Positions 57,201 through 64,000 of a DNA stretch of 64,000 nucleotides are shown here, one piece after another. The DNA comes from Auanema rhodensis. Taxonomy: Eukaryota > Animalia > Nematoda. Positions within the stretch are counted from its first letter, which is position 1. Each line of letters starts with the position of its first letter. A program made the position numbers and the translations under genes. The notes under the pieces are model-generated. The model worked only from the letters and a program-made list of their open reading frames with translations. It was not told the origin of the DNA and searched no databases. The DNA lies in NCBI GenBank assembly GCA_964057225.1, contig OZ059897.1, positions 3,348,001-3,412,000 on the forward strand, in the 5' to 3' direction.

Positions 57201-58199
57201 TATCAACTGATATATGTTCACACTTATATCCTCGATTTTCACGCTGAAGAAATGATTTTTTCGTTGAAAAAACATTGTCCATCGTCTTTGCCTTGAAAAA
57301 AGGAATCTAAAAACATCTACTTTTTGTGAAATTATTTAGAAATTTTTCGGGAAAATTTTTGTCAAAATGTTTTTGGAAGCAATGTTGAGTGTACATGGGA
57401 ACTCAACATACACTAATGCATTATTTTTCAAACGATCATAACTTATTTTTGTATAGAGCGTTTCTCAATGTAGTATGGTGCATTCGATGCGGATTTTTAA
57501 GCTGCGTCGATCTGTGTTATCAGATTTGCTCTAGCTTAAAAAAGCACCGAGATATCAACTGATATAAGTTCACACTTATATCCTCGATTTTCACCCTGAA
57601 GAATTATTTTTTTCGTTGAATAACATTGTCCATCGTCTTCGCCTTGAAAAAAGGAATCTAAAAACATCTACTTTTTGTGAAATTATTTAGAAATTTTTCA
57701 GGAAAATTTTTGTCAAAATGTTTTTGGAAGCAATGTTGAGTGTACATGGGAACTCAACATACACTAATGCATTATTTTTCAAACGATCATAACTTATTTT
57801 TGTATAGAGCGTTTCTCAATGTAGTATGGTGCATTCGATGCGGATTTTTAAGCTGCGTCGATCTGTGTTATCCGATTTGAGCTAGCTTAAAAATGTACCG
57901 AGATATCAACTGATATATGTTCACACTTATATCCTCGATTTTCACCCTGAAGAAATGATTTTTTGGTTGAAAAACATTGTCCATCGTCTTTGTCTTGAAA
58001 AAAGGAATCTAAAAACATCTACTTTTTGTGAAATTGTTTAGAAATTTTTCAGGAAAATTTTTGTCAAAATGTTTTTGGAAGCAATGTTGAGTGTACATGG
58101 GAACTCAGCATACACTAATGCATTATTTTTCAAACGATAATAACTAATTTTTGTATAGAGCGTTTCTTAATGTAGTATAGTGCATTCGATGCGGATTTT

Positions 58200-61100
58200 T
58201 AAGCTGCGTCGATCTGTGTTATCAGATTTGAGTTAGCTTAAAAATGCACCGAGATATCAACTGATATATGTTCACACTTATATCCTCGATTTTCACGCTG
58301 AAGAAATGATTTTTTCGTTGAAAAAACATTGTCCATCGTCTTTGCCTTGAAAAAAGAAATCTAAAAACATCTACTTTTTGTGAAATTATTTAGAAATTTT
58401 TCGGGAAAATTTTTGTCAAAATGTTTTTGGAAGCAATGTTGAGTGTACATGGGAACTCAACATACACTAATGCATTATTTTTCAAACGATCATAACTTAT
58501 TTTTGTATAGAGCGTTTCTCAATGTAGTATAGTGCATTCGATGCGGATTTTTAAGCTGCGTCGATCTGTGTTATCAGATTTGCTCTAGCTTAAAAAAGCA
58601 CCGAGATATCAACTGATATAAGTTCACACTTATATCCTCGATTTTCACCCTGAAGAATTATTTTTTTCGTTGAATAACATTGTCCATCGTCTTCGCCTTG
58701 AAAGAAGGAATCTAAAAACATCTACTTTTTGTGAAATTATTTAGAAATTTTTCGGGAAAATTTTTGTCAAAATGTTTTTGGAAGCAATGTTGAGTGTACA
58801 TGGGAACTCAACATACACTAATGCATTATTTTTCAAACGATCATAACTTATTTTTGTATAGAGCGTTTCTCAATGTAGTATAGTGCATTCGATGCGGATT
58901 TTTCAGCTGCGTCGATCTGTGTTATCCGATTTGAGCTAGCTTGAAAATGTACCGAGATATCAACTGATATATGTTCACACTTATATCCTCGATTTTCACC
59001 CTGAAGAATTTATTTTTTCGTTGAATAACATTGTCCATCGTCTTCGCCTTGAAAGAAGGAATCTAAAAACATCTACTTTTTGTGAAATTGTTTAGAAATT
59101 TTTCGGGAAAATTTTTGTCAAAATGTTTTTGGAAGCAATGTTGAGTGTACATGGGAACTCAGCATACACTAATGCATTATTTTTCAAACGATAATAACTA
59201 ATTTTTGTATAGAGCGTTTCTTAATGTAGTAAAGTGCATTCGATGCGGATTTTTAAGAGATATCAACTGATATATGTTCACACTTATATCCTCGATTTTC
59301 ACGCTGAAGAAATGATTTTTTCGTTGAAAAAACATTGTCCATCGTCTTTGCCTTGAAAAAAGGAATCTAAAAACATCTACTTTTTGTGAAATTATTTAGA
59401 AATTTTTCGGGAAAATTTTTGTCAAAATGTTTTTGGAAGCAATGTTGAGTGTACATGGGAACTCAACATACACTAATGCATTATTTTTCAAACGATCATA
59501 ACTTATTTTTGTATAGAGCGTTTCTCAATGTAGTATAGTGCATTCGATGCGAATTTTTAAGCTGCGTCGATCTGTGTTATCAGATTTGCTCTAGCTTAAA
59601 AAAGCACCGAGATATCAACTGATATAAGTTCACACTTATATCCTCGATTTTCACCCTGAAGAATTATTTTTTTCGTTGAATAACATTGTCCATCGTCTTC
59701 GCCTTGAAAGAAGGAATCTAAAAACATCTACTTTTTGTGAAATTATTTAGAAATTTTTCGGGAAAATTTTTGTCAAAATGTTTTTGGAAGCAATGTTGAG
59801 TGTACATGGGAACTCAACATACACTAATGCATTATTTTTCAAACGATCATAACTTATTTTTGTATAGAGCGTTTCTCAATGTAGTATAGTGCATTCGATG
59901 CGGATTTTTCAGCTGCGTCGATCTGTGTTATCCGATTTGAGCTAGCTTGAAAATGTACCGAGATATCAACTGATATATGTTCACACTTATATCCTCGATT
60001 TTCACCCTGAAGAATTTATTTTTTCGTTGAATAACATTGTCCATCGTCTTCGCCTTGAAAGAAGGAATCTAAAAACATCTACTTTTTGTGAAATTGTTTA
60101 GAAATTTTTCGGGAAAATTTTTGTCAAAATGTTTTTGGAAGCAATGTTGAGTGTACATGGGAACTCAGCATACACTAATGCATTATTTTTCAAACGATAA
60201 TAACTAATTTTTGTATAGAGCGTTTCTTAATGTAGTAAAGTGCATTCGATGCGGATTTTTAAGAGATATCAACTGATATATGTTCACACTTATATCCTCG
60301 ATTTTCACCCTGAAGAAATGATTTTTTCGATGAAAAAACATTGTCCATCGTCTTTGCCTTGAAAAAAGGAATCTAAAAACATCTACTTTTTGTGAAATTA
60401 TTCAGAAATTTTTCGGGAAAATTTTTGTCAAAATGTTTTTGGAAGCAATGTTGAGTGTACATGGGAACTCAACATACACTAATGCATTATTTTTCAAACG
60501 ATCATAACTTATTTTTGTATAGAGCGTTTCTCAATGTAGCAAAGTGCATTCGATGCGGATTTTTAAGCTGCGTCGATCTGTGTTATCCGATTTGAGCTAG
60601 CTTGAAAATGTACCGAGATATCAACTGATATATGTTCACACTTATATCCTCGATTTTCACCCTGAAGAATTTATTTTTTCGTTGAATAACATTGTCCATC
60701 GTCTTCTCCTTGAAAGAAGGAATCTAAAAACATCTACTTTTTGTGAAATTATTTAGAAATTTTTCGGGAAAATTTTTGTCAAAATGTTTTTGGAAGCAAT
60801 GTTGAGTGTACATGGGAACTCAGCATACACTAATGCATTATTTTTCAAACGATAATAACTAATTTTTGTATAGAGCGTTCCTTAATGTAGTAAAGTGCAT
60901 TCGATGCGGATTTTTAAGTTGCGTTGATCTTTGTTATCAGATTTGAGTTAGCTTAAAAATGCACCGAGATATCAACTGATATATGTTCACACTTATATCC
61001 TCGATTTTCACCCTGAAGAAATGATTTTTTCGTTGAAAAAACATTGTCCATCGTCTTTGCCTTGAAAAAAGGAATCTAAAAACATCTACTTTTTGTGAAA

Positions 61101-63400
61101 TTATTTAGAAATTTTTCGGGAAAATTTTTGTCAAAATGTTTTTGGAAGCAATGTTGAGTGTACATGGGAACTCAACATACACTAATGCATTATTTTTCAA
61201 ACGATCATAACTTATTTTTGTATAGAGCGTTTCTCAATGTAGTATAGTGCATTCGATGCGGATTTTTAAGCTGCGTCGATCTGTGTTATCAGATTTGCTC
61301 TAGCTTAAAAAAGCACCGAGATATCAACTGATATATGTTCACACTTATATCCTCGATTTTCACGCTGAAGAAATGATTTTTTCGTTGAAAAAACATTGTC
61401 CATCGTCTTTGCCTTGAAAAAAGGAATCTAAAAACATCTACTTTTTGTGAAATTATTTAGAAATTTTTCGGGAAAATTTTTGTCAAAATGTTTTTGGAAG
61501 CAATGTTGAGTGTACATGGGAACTCAACATACACTAATGCATTATTTTTCAAACGATCATAACTTATTTTTGTATAGAGCGTTTCTCAATGTAGTATAGT
61601 GCATTCGATGCGGATTTTTAAGCTGCGTCGATCTGTGTTATCAGATTTGCTCTAGCTTAAAAAAGCACCGAGATATCAACTGATATAAGTTCACACTTAT
61701 ATCCTCGATTTTCACCCTGAAGAATTATTTTTTTCGTTGAATAACATTGTCCATCGTCTTCGCCTTGAAAGAAGGAATCTAAAAACATCTACTTTTTGTG
61801 AAATTATTTAGAAATTTTTCGGGAAAATTTTTGTCAAAATGTTTTTGGAAGCAATGTTGAGTGTACATGGGAACTCAACATACACTAATGCATTATTTTT
61901 CAAACGATCATAACTTATTTTTGTATAGAGCGTTTCTCAATGTAGTATAGTGCATTCGATGCGGATTTTTCAGCTGCGTCGATCTGTGTTATCCGATTTG
62001 AGCTAGCTTGAAAATGTACCGAGATATCAACTGATATATGTTCACACTTATATCCTCGATTTTCACCCTGAAGAATTTATTTTTTCGTTGAATAACATTG
62101 TCCATCGTCTTCGCCTTGAAAGAAGGAATCTAAAAACATCTACTTTTTGTGAAATTGTTTAGAAATTTTTCGGGAAAATTTTTGTCAAAATGTTTTTGGA
62201 AGCAATGTTGAGTGTACATGGGAACTCAGCATACACTAATGCATTATTTTTCAAACGATAATAACTAATTTTTGTATAGAGCGTTTCTTAATGTAGTAAA
62301 GTGCATTCGATGCGGATTTTTAAGAGATATCAACTGATATATGTTCACACTTATATCCTCGATTTTCACCCTGAAGAAATGATTTTTTCGATGAAAAAAC
62401 ATTGTCCATCGTCTTTGCCTTGAAAAAAGGAATCTAAAAACATCTACTTTTTGTGAAATTATTCAGAAATTTTTCGGGAAAATTTTTGTCAAAATGTTTT
62501 TGGAAGCAATGTTGAGTGTACATGGGAACTCAACATACACTAATGCATTATTTTTCAAACGATCATAACTTATTTTTGTATAGAGCGTTTCTCAATGTAG
62601 CAAAGTGCATTCGATGCGGATTTTTAAGCTGCGTCGATCTGTGTTATCCGATTTGAGCTAGCTTGAAAATGTACCGAGATATCAACTGATATATGTTCAC
62701 ACTTATATCCTCGATTTTCACCCTGAAGAATTTATTTTTTCGTTGAATAACATTGTCCATCGTCTTCTCCTTGAAAGAAGGAATCTAAAAACATCTACTT
62801 TTTGTGAAATTATTTAGAAATTTTTCGGGAAAATTTTTGTCAAAATGTTTTTGGAAGCAATGTTGAGTGTACATGGGAACTCAGCATACACTAATGCATT
62901 ATTTTTCAAACGATAATAACTAATTTTTGTATAGAGCGTTCCTTAATGTAGTAAAGTGCATTCGATGCGGATTTTTAAGTTGCGTTGATCTTTGTTATCA
63001 GATTTGAGTTAGCTTAAAAATGCACCGAGATATCAACTGATATATGTTCACACTTATATCCTCGATTTTCACCCTGAAGAAATGATTTTTTCGTTGAAAA
63101 AACATTGTCCATCGTCTTTGCCTTGAAAAAAGGAATCTAAAAACATCTACTTTTTGTGAAATTATTTAGAAATTTTTCGGGAAAATTTTTGTCAAAATGT
63201 TTTTGGAAGCAATGTTGAGTGTACATGGGAACTCAACATACACTAATGCATTATTTTTCAAACGATCATAACTTATTTTTGTATAGAGCGTTTCTCAATG
63301 TAGTATAGTGCATTCGATGCGGATTTTTAAGCTGCGTCGATCTGTGTTATCAGATTTGCTCTAGCTTAAAAAAGCACCGAGATATCAACTGATATAAGTT
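58200..63400. repeat. Nested duplications: a 3-monomer unit (1006 bp, one deleted monomer) and a 6-monomer unit (2061 bp, one deleted monomer)
   Basis: Deletion junctions at 59257, 60263 and 62324 are 1006 and 2061 bp apart. SNPs at 60330/62391, 60540/62601 and 60880/62941 are 2061 bp apart. Confidence 0.85.
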
Positions 63401-64000
63401 CACACTTATATCCTCGATTTTCACCCTGAAGAATTATTTTTTTCGTTGAATAACATTGTCCATCGTCTTCGCCTTGAAAGAAGGAATCTAAAAACATCTA
63501 CTTTTTGTGAAATTATTTAGAAATTTTTCGGGAAAATTTTTGTCAAAATGTTTTTGGAAGCAATGTTGAGTGTACATGGGAACTCAACATACACTAATGC
63601 ATTATTTTTCAAACGATCATAACTTATTTTTGTATAGAGCGTTTCTCAATGTAGTATAGTGCATTCGATGCGGATTTTTCAGCTGCGTCGATCTGTGTTA
63701 TCCGATTTGAGCTAGCTTGAAAATGTACCGAGATATCAACTGATATATGTTCACACTTATATCCTCGATTTTCACCCTGAAGAATTTATTTTTTCGTTGA
63801 ATAACATTGTCCATCGTCTTCGCCTTGAAAGAAGGAATCTAAAAACATCTACTTTTTGTGAAATTATTTAGAAATTTTTCGGAAAAATTTTTGTCAAAAT
63901 GTTTTTGGAAGCAATGTTGAGTGTACATGGGAACTCAGCATACACTAATGCATTATTTTTCAAACGATAATAACTAATTTTTGTATAGAGCGTTTCTTAA

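Larger units (their letters stand above)
1..64000. repeat. Tandem satellite DNA array with a 351/352-bp monomer (~183 copies, head-to-tail, single orientation, runs off both window ends)
   Basis: The opening motif ttcgggaaaatttttgtcaaaatg recurs at 352 and then every 351-352 bp to the end. The length difference comes from an A5/A6 run in gttgaaaaa(a)cattg. ORF-track starts are spaced at multiples of ~351.5, minus 48 for each deleted monomer. No unique sequence was seen anywhere. Confidence 0.99.

Noticed and set aside
1-64000. CRISPR array or integron-like cassette array
   Set aside because: There are no unique spacers or cassettes. The entire 351-bp unit is repeated at high identity, and no cas or integrase genes are present.

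Overview
The whole 64 kb window is one uninterrupted head-to-tail satellite DNA array. It contains about 183 copies of an AT-rich monomer of 351 or 352 bp (about 32% GC by hand count of bases 1-351), all in the same orientation. I found no supportable genes, RNA genes, transposon insertions or CRISPR array; the 61-75 aa ORFs are by-products of the repeat. The informative structure lies inside the array. (i) The monomer is densely packed with inverted repeats and palindromes. (ii) Nine monomers carry an identical 48-bp deletion that removes most of the largest hairpin. (iii) There is no single higher-order repeat (HOR), but a patchwork of recent local duplications of 2, 3, 6, 7, 8, 9 and 19 monomers. 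(iv) Some SNPs are confined to regional domains, while some rare variants are shared over 25-40 kb. (v) Monomers are mosaics of a small set of recurrent variable sites. This organisation is typical of eukaryotic centromeric or heterochromatic satellite DNA. Neither the organism nor a centromere function can be determined from the sequence alone, and I see no evidence of a novel gene-based system.
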